Assembly (NCBI GenBank): GCA_963773005.1
Contig: CAVYZR010000004.1
Span: 20,398-84,397, forward strand
Length of the DNA stretch: 64,000 nucleotides
Source: an uncultured Acidobacteriota bacterium
GTDB taxonomy: Bacteria > Acidobacteriota > Vicinamibacteria > Vicinamibacterales > 2-12-FULL-66-21
Direction of reading: 5' to 3'
Positions 10,006-19,360 of the stretch are shown piece after piece (position 1 is the stretch's first letter; every line of letters starts with the position of its first letter). The notes beneath the pieces were generated by a model. The model ran no database searches and had not been told where the DNA came from. It saw only the letters and a program-made list of their open reading frames with translations. A program made the position numbers and the translations under genes.

Positions 10006-10506
10006 TTACTCCACGCTCCGCGCGAGCTCTTGCAGCCTGCTTCTCGTCCTGCTGAGGCGTGCGCCGACATTGGTCTCCGAGAGGCCGAGCACAGCACCGA
10101 TTTCTCTGTAGCTCAGGTCGTCGAGGTAGCACATGATCAGTGCGCGATCGACGGGGCCGAGCCGACGGATGACCCGATATAGCAGTTCCATCCGTGAGTC
10201 GCTGGTCGTTGATGTCGGCGGCGACTGGACGGAGACAGCCGCGTCGAGTGGAACGTGCGCGGGTTGCCGAGCCCGACGCCGCAGCCCGGTCACCGCCGTA
10301 TTGATGGCGATTCTGTAGACCCATGTGAGAGGGGCCGACTCATTCCGGCACGACGGAAAAGCCCGCCACAGCTGATAGACCACTTCCTGCACGAGCTCCT
10401 CGCGCTCGATCGCGCTCGATGTGTACATCCGAGAGACCCGTTCGATGGCGCCGCGGTACTGGTTCAATAGCGCCAGGAACTCACCGTCCACTCGCGTCTT
10501 GTCCAA
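10006..10506 (-). CDS. ECF RNA polymerase sigma factor
   Basis: Region 2 (EREELVQEVVYQLWRAFPS...PLTWVYRIAINTAV) and region 4 (LGPVDRALIMCYLDDLSYREIGAVLGLSETNVGARLSRTRSRL). TTG start. Confidence 0.9.
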   Translation of the reverse strand: MDKTRVDGEFLALLNQYRGAIERVSRMYTSSAIEREELVQEVVYQLWRAFPSCRNESAPLTWVYRIAINTAVTGLRRRARQPAHVPLDAAVSVQSPPTSTTSDSRMELLYRVIRRLGPVDRALIMCYLDDLSYREIGAVLGLSETNVGARLSRTRSRLQELARSVE

Positions 10507-10692
10507 TCCAGCCTCTGCCGCCCAGGTGGCAATGACCTGTCACCGTCATTAGTCGCCAGCGCTGGCCAAACCTTACAGCAAAGACGATATTGGCCGGATC
10601 TTCCAGAGCCCGTTCGACGCCAGCAGTGCACACCTCATTCACATTGGATGTTGAGGTGAGTTCGACCAGCAAGAGCTCGCCGATGTGACACA

Positions 10693-10906
10693 CCGAAGCG
10701 CGCGTGCGACGGCGATCGCAACCGGCGCCGCGAGGAAACTCAGGAGAGCACCCATCTTCGTCGCCGCAAGCGCACTGCCACCCGCAAAGGCCCCCGTGGC
10801 AAACAAGAGTGAGATCGTGACCCCGATGGATGTGGCGATGCCGACGACAAGCAGGTCACTCAGACAAAGTACGACGGAAGGGTCGCACCGATGAGGCGCG
10901 CCCCAC
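10693..10906 (-). pseudogene. Remnant resembling the last two TM helices of Na+/H+ antiporter NhaA
   Basis: The minus-strand frame reads ...LLVVGIATSIGVTISLLFATGAFAGGSALAATKMGALLSFLAAPVAIAVARALR. Compare the NhaA C-terminus GIGFTMSLFI..LAF....KLGIL.GS. There is no start codon, it begins right after the kinase stop, and there is no room for the other ~330 codons. Confidence 0.5.
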
Positions 10907-12334
10907 CTAGCCGCTGGCAGGCGCTTCAGCGACGGGGGCGGTCACGTCGTCTGCGGTGTCTGTCTTGATACGGGTTTGCGCCGGAAGCTCAACTGTGAGC
11001 CGGGTTCCCTTTGCGGGACTGCTCTCCAAACGAAGCGTTCCTCGAAGCTGCAACGCGCGCTCACGAATCCCCAGCAAACCAAGGCCCCGGCGCTCGCCGC
11101 TTTTTGGCGCTTCTGTCACGTCGAACCCGACACCGTTGTCTTCAATCGTGATCAACACAGTATTCGTGAGCCGCTGAAGATAGATGCGACACGAAGTTGC
11201 CTGTGCATGCTTGACAACGTTCGTTAGGGCCTCCTGGACAATCCTAAACGCCGCGGTTTCCGTCTCCGGCACGAGGCGCTCGTCCATCCGATCATGAAGG
11301 AGTTCCACACGAATGTCATGCCGCTTACTGAAGCCTCGGAGGTACCAGTCAATGGCGGCACGCAAGCCGAGATCGTCCAACATCGCCGGATGAAGCAGAT
11401 GCGACAGATCGCGTGCTGTCTGGATCGCCCCATCCGTAATGGACCGGGCATCCTCGAGTACACGAGCCGGGCCACCGGCCGCCTCAATAGCGCTCTGAGC
11501 GAGCGCAAGCTCGACCTTGATGGCCGTGAGCACCTGGCCGACTTCATCGTGAAGCTCGCGGGCGATGTTGCGGCGCTCTTCTTCCTGCGCGGTGATCAAC
11601 TTCGCTGACAAGCGTTGGAGATCGTGCGTATTCTGCACATCTCTCGCTCTCTGGTGGTGAAGCTGGTTCTCGAGCCTTGCTGAGTACAGCGACGCGAGAA
11701 CCGCGATCCCGAGACTCGCCGCAAGCGCGAGGCCGAGCTGACGCCAGATGCGACGCTGCGATACGCGATAGATCTCCGCGATGCCAGTCTGCTGCTGCAC
11801 GAACGTTTCGCGATTCAAGGCCTGCACTTCTTCAGACACCCGAATCACGAGCTCGCGCTTGGGCACAATTCGCCGCTGAAGGAGAAGACGTGCCTCAGCA
11901 GGCCAGCGGCTGCTGTCGCTCGCCAGCACCTCCAGCATTGTCGTCCGAAAGTTGTCGATTTCACGGCGGAGTCTGCCGATGCGCTCGCGCTCCGCTTGAG
12001 AATCCAGCACCGGTACATATTGTTGCAAAGCCTGGTCGACGGCGTGGTAGGTGTCCTGTAGTTGGCGGCGGTAGGCATCTGCGGACGCAGGATTAGGGTC
12101 CAGCAAGGCATCGCGCACGTATACAGATCCAATGAGAACCTGCGCCCGCACCGTGGACAGCAGTTCTTGAGCGTGCATGTATCGTCTGTTGATCGCTGCG
12201 GCGTCTCGTTCGACCTCACCCATCCGTCGAGTGAACTGATATCCAGCGAAGATCCAGAGTCCGAAGGTGAGCCCAAATCCGAGAAAAATGGCCGCTTTGA
12301 TCGTGAGCCCCTCGAGCGGTCTGCGGTGCATCAC
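10907..12334 (-). CDS. Sensor histidine kinase, NarX/DesK type (periplasmic four-helix-bundle-like sensor, HisKA_3, HATPase_c)
   Basis: Two TM segments flank a helical sensor region. H-box ELHDEVGQVLTAIKVEL. ATPase boxes NVVKHA, DNGVGF and GLGLLGIRER. It is a paralogue of 47831..49282. Confidence 0.9.
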   Translation of the reverse strand: MMHRRPLEGLTIKAAIFLGFGLTFGLWIFAGYQFTRRMGEVERDAAAINRRYMHAQELLSTVRAQVLIGSVYVRDALLDPNPASADAYRRQLQDTYHAVDQALQQYVPVLDSQAERERIGRLRREIDNFRTTMLEVLASDSSRWPAEARLLLQRRIVPKRELVIRVSEEVQALNRETFVQQQTGIAEIYRVSQRRIWRQLGLALAASLGIAVLASLYSARLENQLHHQRARDVQNTHDLQRLSAKLITAQEEERRNIARELHDEVGQVLTAIKVELALAQSAIEAAGGPARVLEDARSITDGAIQTARDLSHLLHPAMLDDLGLRAAIDWYLRGFSKRHDIRVELLHDRMDERLVPETETAAFRIVQEALTNVVKHAQATSCRIYLQRLTNTVLITIEDNGVGFDVTEAPKSGERRGLGLLGIRERALQLRGTLRLESSPAKGTRLTVELPAQTRIKTDTADDVTAPVAEAPASG

Positions 12335-12460
12335 ACGAGCATCTTATCCCGGGCATGGCGGCAGTCAACGGTTGGGCTTACGCTCCATGATTTCCACGCT
12401 CAGAATACGGTGCTCGCCGGATGCCCTCTGCCCACCGCCGAGGACTAAGGTGAGAAACGG

Positions 12461-13297
12461 ATGAAGCCTTCCCCCCGAACGCTGATCTTTTCAGAAGTGG
12501 ATGGTGTTCTGCGCGACCCGTCGGTCGGTTCGCTTGCCACAGCCGCCAACGTCCTCGAAGAGCTTTCACGTGAGCACGTTCCCTTGATCCTGTGCTCGAG
12601 CAAGACTCGGGCTGAGCTCGAGCAGATTCAGCAGGAGCTCCGAATCCGCCATCCGTTCGTCTGCGAGAACGGTGGAGCCGCGTTCATTCCACCGGCGTAC
12701 TTTGACTTCGCCGTGCCCCGTGCGCGAGAAATCGCGGGTTATCAAGCTGTCGAGTTCGGGAGGCCATACTCCGATGTAGTGCACACACTACACCGGACAG
12801 CTGAACAGCTGCGTGTCGAGATTGAAGGATTCAGTGACATGTCCGTTGAGGACGTGGCGCGCGAGTGTAGTGTGACGTTGCTTCGTGCCCGGTTGGCGAA
12901 GCTGCGCGAATACGACGAACCGTTTCGTATTCTCGATCCCAGCCCTCGTGCGCGCAGCCGTCTCCTCAAGGCACTCACTGGGGCGCGCCTTCGTTGCACC
13001 ACAGTGGAAGGCTACGAACGCGCCGGTGCACCCGTCGACAAGCGCATGGCCATGAAGCTGCTGTGGACTCTCTACAAGCGAACGAATGGTTCGCCGCTCA
13101 CGGTGGGATTGGCAAACCCGTCGGGAGAGGACAATCTTCTGCAGCTCGTGGATCACTCCATCGTGATGCGGGACGACGATGCGCCACATGGTGTGGATGT
13201 TGTCAAATGGGCTGAGACGATCGTGGACGCGGTTCACGAAGTTGGCCGGCACGGGACCTCTTCTCTCCGCAGTCAAGGAACAGGACAGCGGCAATGA
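12461..13297 (+). CDS. HAD-IIB phosphatase, mannosyl-3-phosphoglycerate phosphatase (MpgP/YedP)-like
   Basis: LIFSEVDGVLRD...PLILCSSKTRAELEQIQQELRIRHPFVCENGGA matches the MpgP family pattern. Motif I reads EVDGV rather than DxDGT. Confidence 0.7.
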   Translation: MKPSPRTLIFSEVDGVLRDPSVGSLATAANVLEELSREHVPLILCSSKTRAELEQIQQELRIRHPFVCENGGAAFIPPAYFDFAVPRAREIAGYQAVEFGRPYSDVVHTLHRTAEQLRVEIEGFSDMSVEDVARECSVTLLRARLAKLREYDEPFRILDPSPRARSRLLKALTGARLRCTTVEGYERAGAPVDKRMAMKLLWTLYKRTNGSPLTVGLANPSGEDNLLQLVDHSIVMRDDDAPHGVDVVKWAETIVDAVHEVGRHGTSSLRSQGTGQRQ

Positions 13298-13680
13298 AGA
13301 CGAGGGTTCGATTCGCACTTTCGTCGCCGTGGTCGCGGCTGTCGCCGCCTCCGGAATTCCTGTCCGGCCCGCACGGGAATGCGCTGCCAAAGTGATCGCT
13401 ATTCAGGCCTTTTCTTCGAAAGATACTGTCTAGACCGGATGGGTGCCAGGTCAGCCCCTGGCTATACTGCTGACCAGCCCGCTTGTCCTGAATTACCCAG
13501 CTTGCGGGACATCGTCGCGCTCGTTTTTAATGTCGCGTCCTTTGGGCGACGCGACCATAAGCGCCGTTCACGGACTGGGTCGCGGCGGCACACAGTCGTA
13601 CCTGTCCCAGAGGCGGGAGTCTTCGTTCGTAGCAATGCGACTCCCTCGGTCCATGTTCGATCTCTGACGTGAGGCCAGCC

Positions 13681-14296
13681 ATGACCTACACCAACTCGGC
13701 CAGTTCGCACGTTGTCAGGTCAGCGAGATCACTGCTCACTGCCGCAGTCGTGGCTGGTGTCCTTGTCCAGCCCCGACTGGTTCTCGCGCAGGACGGCAAA
13801 GCGGGCTCCGCGGTCACGACGAAAGAGCTCGTCACGACGATGACTACCCAGCAGTTGACGGCGTTCGCGGTGCAGGATCCTGCGGCGCCCACACGTTTCG
13901 TTGCCGCACTGCTGTTCCCCGAGACGCAGTTGCTCATCATCGCGGCCGTATCGACGTCCCCCGATTACATCCAGGCCCAGATCGCCGAGAAGCACTACGC
14001 AGAAGGTGTACTCCGCACTAAATGCGAGTGCGGCTCCGGAGACGAAGCTGTTCTTTCAGGACATGGGATGTGACGGTTTGAGTCGCGACGGAGAACAGGT
14101 TGATGTGATGTACGACGAGACCGGCCGCCAAGTGCTGTTCGACGGACAGGGCAAAATCAGCGGGTTGTCGAAGAACGAGTATGCTGCGAAGTTCGGCACC
14201 GCCGAGACCCAGTACACCGCGGTCGTCAGGGTCCTTCTCAATGGCTTACGCGCGGCGACGGCGTCCGGGAGCGCGCAACCCTCTGACGTCAGGTAG
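13681..14296 (+). CDS. Exported protein of unknown function, frame broken by one extra base near 13999-14006
   Basis: The signal peptide (SARSLLTAAVVAGVLVQPRLVLAQD) and first half are in frame 1 (ORF 13669..14073). The second half (VYSALNASAAPETKLFFQDMGCDGL...) is in frame 2 (ORF 13901..14296). GAGG lies 7 nt before ATG 13681. Confidence 0.6.
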
Positions 14297-14787
14297 CTAG
14301 GTGTGAGGACCAAGCCCGGGCTGCAGTCGCCTTTCACGGTCATCTCGGACCACGTGAGATGTCCCCTGGATCCTCGATGCAACGCCGAGTCTCCAGGGAC
14401 CTCCTCCCCTAAACTAACTGCCCCACGTGGCAGCTCCGTTTCGAACTCGCCGGTAGGGCGTCATACACGTCAGTACTGCGTGTCGATGAATTTTTGATCC
14501 GCCAAATACTTATCGACTCGCACGACAGTTCATCCCGCTTGGGAGAGTCTGGCGACGGCGGCGACGGGCGGATGCGTTGGTGGCTTGTATGCCAGCCAAG
14601 CCACACACGAACCCGACGCCACCGTCATGAAGCAGCTAGAAGCAGCTAGTCCAAGTCCCCGTTCCCGGCTACCTTCATCCGCTAGTGTTGCTTCACCTCA
14701 GCCGGCCTGTTCTGCGCGCAAGTGGAAGCGAAACCCAAGTTCGCAACATCCTTCGCGACAACTACGATCGGCTCAGCCCATACGTCA

Positions 14788-14916
14788 TCAAGGAAAGCGA
14801 TCGATGAGATTGAAAATCCCGGCCTCTTTCAACATGTAGAGGGCAACGCTGACTATCGTCAGGAGAAACACGACGAAGCTGATGGCATCTGCCGTGGCGG
14901 TTGCCGATTTCGCCAT
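14788..14916 (-). CDS. Small hydrophobic peptide (42 aa), paralogue of 15290..15412
   Basis: MAKSATATADAISFVVFLLTIVSVALYMLKEAGIFNLIDRFP. GGGAGAG Shine-Dalgarno lies 3-4 nt upstream of ATG 14916. It shares M-KS-TA-AD...LY-L..G-F with the divergent neighbour. Confidence 0.55.
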   Translation of the reverse strand: MAKSATATADAISFVVFLLTIVSVALYMLKEAGIFNLIDRFP

Positions 14917-15289
14917 TGCTCTCCCTACTGGGATGTCGCTCGCGCTCGGTGCAGGCCAAGATTCTGCCGTTCCACAACACTGTAGCCGCTGGATACCCCT
15001 TGGGCCATCCTGTCGTGACAGTATCTTTCGCACGACGCACCACCAACCTGAGTCCGCCTTCCCGGACTCGTGCTACCTGCCATAAGCACAGCAGAATACC
15101 GTTTCGAGGCCGGCCTTGGCCGTTGGGTACCAACAGGGGTGTTCATGCAGATCACCTTTCCATCGTAACGGCCGCAAAGATAGGGCCCTGACCCGATGGT
15201 CGCCCCCTGCTCCTTTGGCTAATACTCCCGGCAGTAACAAGGTCTTGCTCGGCACGAGTGAACCGACGCGACACCACTGGAGGGACAAG

Positions 15290-15412
15290 ATGACGAAATC
15301 GGTAACCGCGATTGCGGACCGTGTCGCAAACCTCGTCTATGTGGTCGCTTTTCTGCTGTGCCTGCTCTACGTTCTGGAATACCTGGGTTATTTCGGGGAT
15401 CTGTCTCAGTGA
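15290..15412 (+). CDS. Small hydrophobic peptide (40 aa), paralogue of 14788..14916
   Basis: MTKSVTAIADRVANLVYVVAFLLCLLYVLEYLGYFGDLSQ. GGAGGG Shine-Dalgarno lies 5 nt upstream of ATG 15290. Confidence 0.55.
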   Translation: MTKSVTAIADRVANLVYVVAFLLCLLYVLEYLGYFGDLSQ

Positions 15413-15527
15413 GGTCGGGCCGTCTGCTGCGCCCATGTTTGGGTGTGCCTTGTCCGGCGATTGGGTTGAAAAGCTCATGACCTCTCCCCATCCGGAGAAA
15501 AGTCATACAAGTTTCCAAGCTCGATCA

Positions 15528-16019
15528 ATGCGCCCCTACGTAGTCCATCCGGGGGCAGGCTTTGCCGCCCCGCCGGCGCGGCTCGGAACCCTCCACAAGA
15601 TCTCCAGTACCATCACCGCGGGACGCCTCGCCGCCGTCGAACACCGGCTTCTACCACGCCAGCTCGGCTTGCCTCTGCACCGACACTGGAGAGAGGACGA
15701 GCTGTCGATTGTGTTTGCTGGAACACTCGGCGCACTTTTGGACGAACACCAGGTGCTGGCGGACAGCGGCGCTTATCTGTGGAAGCCTCGAGGGCAATGG
15801 CATACGTTCTGGAACGCAGGGGACAGTGAGCTCCAGTTCATCGATGTCCTGATTCCAGGCGGGCTGGAAGGCCACTTTCGGATTCTGTCGCAACTGCTCG
15901 CGGCGGACGGCTCACCAGAGCCGGCCGTCATCGATAAGCTGGGCGAGGAATACGGTATCGAGTTCGCCTTCCAGCGGACCGGTCGCATCTGCTCGCAGTT
16001 CGGGTTGTCCTTCGGGTGA
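15528..16019 (+). CDS. Cupin-domain protein
   Basis: LPLHRHWREDELSIVFAGTLGALLD...YLWKPRGQWHTFWN fits the cupin His/Glu motif pattern. The start is uncertain (ATG 15477 or 15528; the ORF track gives 15312). Confidence 0.65.
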   Translation: MRPYVVHPGAGFAAPPARLGTLHKISSTITAGRLAAVEHRLLPRQLGLPLHRHWREDELSIVFAGTLGALLDEHQVLADSGAYLWKPRGQWHTFWNAGDSELQFIDVLIPGGLEGHFRILSQLLAADGSPEPAVIDKLGEEYGIEFAFQRTGRICSQFGLSFG

Positions 16020-16349
16020 GTGCAGTGCGTCTGTCGTCTCTTGGATCCGAGCGAGAACGGGATCAATCTGCAGCTAGACCCAGGGGCGAGCGCACTACCG
16101 TCCTGACCGGATACGACCGCCGGTGGCGCCGCCGGAGTCGGATCCCCATCAGACACGCGACTTCAGTTGAAGCCGCGCGCTTGCGTCACGACGCGCTCTC
16201 GCGTTCGTCTTATTGTAATCTGCCTTGCCGCCGCGGCGCTGTTGGGGTTCTTCTTGCGCTCGGCGCGCGCGACGCCTACTTCCTGATTTGTGGCCGTTCC
16301 GCAGGGCCAGACACGGGCAACGAACGCGCGATAGTTGGCGCAGTCGGTT

Positions 16350-17000
16350 TCAAGAAATGACGCCGCGCCTGACCGCGTAAAGCACAATCTCCGCCGTGCT
16401 GTGCATGTCTAGCTTCTGAAGAATGTGTGCTCGGTGCGTTTCCACGGTCGACGGACTAATTGACAGCAGATCGGCGATCGCTTTGTTGCTACGGCCCTCG
16501 GCGATCAATTGAAAGATTTCGCGCTCACGCTCCGAGAGCGACTCGTAGCGATCGACGATGCCCTTCTGCGACAGGTGCCGGACGTAGTCATCGAGCATGA
16601 CCTTGGCAACGACCGGGCTGAAAAACGACTTCCCAGACGCTGCAGCGGTGACACCCCGTATCAAGTCCGTATCGGCCGAGTCCTTGAGCAGGTAGGCTCG
16701 CGCTCCGGCCTGTAGCGCCCGAAGAATATACGGCTCGTCGGAGTGCATACTGAGAATCACGACGCCGATCGACGGATGACGCCTGACGATCTGCCGCGTC
16801 GCCTCGATACCGTTCAATAGCGGCATGCCGATGTCGAGAATGGCGATGTCTGGCGAGTGCTCCTCGCATTGGCGGACTGCTTGCCGGCCGTCGCTCGCCT
16901 CGCCAACGACCTCCCACCCCGGCTCCCCCTCGATAATCTTGCGCAGTCCCTGCCGGACGATCGTGTGATCGTCGCCGAGCACGATGCGGAGCTTACCCAT
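16350..17000 (-). CDS. NarL/FixJ-family response regulator (REC plus LuxR-type HTH)
   Basis: DDH...D...K receiver pattern (VLGDDHTIVRQGL, AILDIGMPLLNG, LLKDS). HTH segment LSEREREIFQLIAEGRSNKAIADLLSISPSTVETHRAHILQKL. Confidence 0.95.
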   Translation of the reverse strand: MGKLRIVLGDDHTIVRQGLRKIIEGEPGWEVVGEASDGRQAVRQCEEHSPDIAILDIGMPLLNGIEATRQIVRRHPSIGVVILSMHSDEPYILRALQAGARAYLLKDSADTDLIRGVTAAASGKSFFSPVVAKVMLDDYVRHLSQKGIVDRYESLSEREREIFQLIAEGRSNKAIADLLSISPSTVETHRAHILQKLDMHSTAEIVLYAVRRGVIS

Positions 17001-17499
17001 CGAGCACCTGGTCGACGTCCCCCATGGTCAGCGCATCTTAGCGCACGGATGACCTCGCGCTCAACGGTCGAGGTAATACGGCGAAGACTGACATCTGATT
17101 GGCAAGGAAGTCGCGTACGTCAGCAGGCCCCTACTTCGTCTGGTGCGCTGCCAAGCGCGCCCGGCCGCAATGGAGTGGAAACCCGAAGACGAGCGAACCA
17201 TCTGAGACACGGACTCAGCCCTGTTCGTTTGCCGGCGCGAAGAGCACATATCGCGAAGAGCACATATTCAGATCGCAGTTCGGAAGCGAAGGGTGCAACG
17301 GACCTCCGCTGCAGGCATCTGCATGGTCGGGCCGCCATCCTCGTGGTCGCGAGATCGGGAGGATTCGCTTTGACAGGCCCGGTTACTGGACCGCTCGCGC
17401 GTCGTTCGTATGTCGTCCCGACGCTGCGTCCTGACCTCGCCAGAGCTTGGCAAAAGCCTGCGCGGTGACGGGCGGATTCTGTTCCGCCCACTGCCCGCT

Positions 17500-17721
17500 C
17501 GATTCCACTGCACCAGCACACTAGCCATCCCGTTCCTGTCACTCCTCGCGATGGTCATCGGCATCACCGCCGCGATCGGCTTCACCGTCTCTCTGCTCTT
17601 CGCCACGGCCGCGTTCCCAGGGGGCGGCCCTGGCCGAAACGAAGATGGGGCGCTCCTCAGCTTCGGTGCTGCGCCCCTGGCGCTCGTGGCGTCGCGACTG
17701 TTGAGGGCGCGTGCAACTTGA
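17500..17721 (+). pseudogene. Second NhaA-like C-terminal remnant
   Basis: ...LAMVIGITAAIGFTVSLLFATAAFPGGGPGRNEDGALLSFGAAPLALVASRLLRA*. This is similar to the 10693..10906 remnant at protein level and moderately similar at DNA level. Only about 500 nt lie upstream before the regulator gene, so it cannot be a full NhaA. Confidence 0.5.
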
Positions 17722-17782
17722 TCTCGTCGCGGCTATGACCTTCCGTGTGACCGCGCGTCACAGCTGTTAGAGTCTCAGCGAC

Positions 17783-18644
17783 GTGGCCGTTATTGACGTT
17801 CACTCGTTCAGCTTTACGTATCCCGGCTCCCAGCGGCCGGCCGTTCGCGATGTCGCCTTCTCTGTCGAGCCGGGTGAGATTTTCGGATTTCTGGGCCCGA
17901 GCGGTGCCGGCAAGAGCACAACCCAGAACGTCCTGATCCGGTTGTTGGAGGGCTACAAGGGCAGTGTCGCCGTATTGGGCAAGGATCTACGCGCCTGGGA
18001 TAAGGGCTACTACCGTCGAATTGGCGTCGCGTTCGAGGCCCCGAACCACTATCTGAAGCTGACCGCACGGGAGAACCTGCTGCTCTTCGCCGGGTTGCAC
18101 GGCGGGGGCACCGAGGATCCTGACGCCCTACTGGAGCGCGTCGGATTGAAACAGGACGGCGACAAGCTCGTCGCAGAGTTCTCGAAGGGGATGCGCGGCC
18201 GTCTGACATTCGCGCGCGCGCTTCTGCACCGACCTGGACTGCTATTTCTGGACGAACCGACTGCGGGGCTCGACCCGGTCACCGCGCGCAAGATCCGACA
18301 GGTGATCCGCGAGGCCCGTGACGGAGGCGCGACGGTGTTTCTGACGACGCACGACATGGTCACGGCGAACGAGTTGTGCGATCGAGTGGCCTTTCTCGTA
18401 GACGGCCAGATGGCCGCGCTCGATTCACCTCGCTCGTTGCGGCTCGCGTACAGGCCGGAAGGTGGTTCGCGTCGAGGCCGTGTCCGACGGAACGCGCATC
18501 GCGCGCGAGTTTGCGGTTGGCAGCCTGGCCGATGATGCAGACTTTCTCGGCCTGCTCCGTTCAGGGACTGTTGAAACAATGCATACGCTCGAAACGACAC
18601 TCGAGGACGTCTTCGTCCACGTCACCGGAAGAACGCTGGCATGA
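17783..18644 (+). CDS. ABC transporter ATP-binding protein, frame broken by one extra base near 18452-18465
   Basis: Walker A GPSGAGKST, signature FSKGMRGRL, Walker B LLFLDEPTAGLD, H-loop TTHD. After ...SLRLAY the frame degenerates. The +1 frame continues as GRKVVRVEAVSDGT...TLEDVFVHVTGRTLA* (ORF 18462..18644), a normal C-terminus whose stop overlaps the next gene (ATGA). Confidence 0.85.
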
Positions 18645-19360
18645 CCACGATCCTCAATGCGCTCCGGTGGGATGTGATCGTCCAGGCGAGGAACGGCTTC
18701 TATTGGGCGAGCGCATTTCTGATCATCGTCATCAGTGCGCTCCTTCTGTCCGTGCCAGAGAGCGCGCGCGCCAATTCCGCACTCTGGGTACCGGCCATCC
18801 TGGTCATCAACCTCCAGATCACGACCTTCTTCTTCGTGGCCGGTCTGATGCTCCTCGAGCGCGACGAGGGGATGCTCAACGCTCTCGCCGTCTCGCCGCT
18901 TTCCCCGTCCGGTTACCTGGTGATGCGGACCGTCAGCCTCACCGCACTCGCTGCGGCCGAGACGATCGCCATCGTGTGGATTGGATTCGGAACCAGCGGC
19001 TCGTGGTCGCTGATTCTTGGGGGAACCGCGGCGCTTGGTGTCATCTATACCGGTTTTGGCGCAGCCGTCGCCGCGCGCTACGACTCGGTGAACGCTCTGT
19101 TACTGCCGGCCTCTGCGTTCGTCGCGCTCCTGCTCCTGCCCCTGCTACCGCATTTCGGTCTTGCACCGCGTCTGCCGTTCTTCGTTCACCCCCTCGAACC
19201 GCCGATGACGCTGATTCGAGCCGGCTACGGCGTCGTCGACCGAATCGACGTCGTATTCGGAGTCCTCGGCTCGTTCGGCTGGAGCGCACTCGCATTTGTG
19301 TGGGGGCGGAACCGTGTCCGCGCGCTCATGCACAACACGCGGGCCTCAGGAGGCCGATGA
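18641..19360 (+). CDS. ABC-2-type exporter permease
   Basis: Six hydrophobic segments. ATGA overlaps at both ends. Confidence 0.75.
   Translation: MTTILNALRWDVIVQARNGFYWASAFLIIVISALLLSVPESARANSALWVPAILVINLQITTFFFVAGLMLLERDEGMLNALAVSPLSPSGYLVMRTVSLTALAAAETIAIVWIGFGTSGSWSLILGGTAALGVIYTGFGAAVAARYDSVNALLLPASAFVALLLLPLLPHFGLAPRLPFFVHPLEPPMTLIRAGYGVVDRIDVVFGVLGSFGWSALAFVWGRNRVRALMHNTRASGGR

Noticed and set aside
13300-13325. gggttcgattcgcac resembling a tRNA T-loop.
   Set aside because: The flanking bases do not pair into a T-stem, and no cloverleaf can be drawn.
16163-16387. A 74-aa minus-strand ORF downstream of the response regulator.
   Set aside because: It overlaps the regulator's 3' end in another frame, has no RBS, and has no recognisable motif.
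540-18470. Programmed +1 ribosomal frameshifting as the explanation for the broken genes.
   Set aside because: There is no shared slippery motif, no rare or stop codon at the shift site in most cases, and the affected gene families are not known to use recoding. Indel error or recent mutation is simpler.
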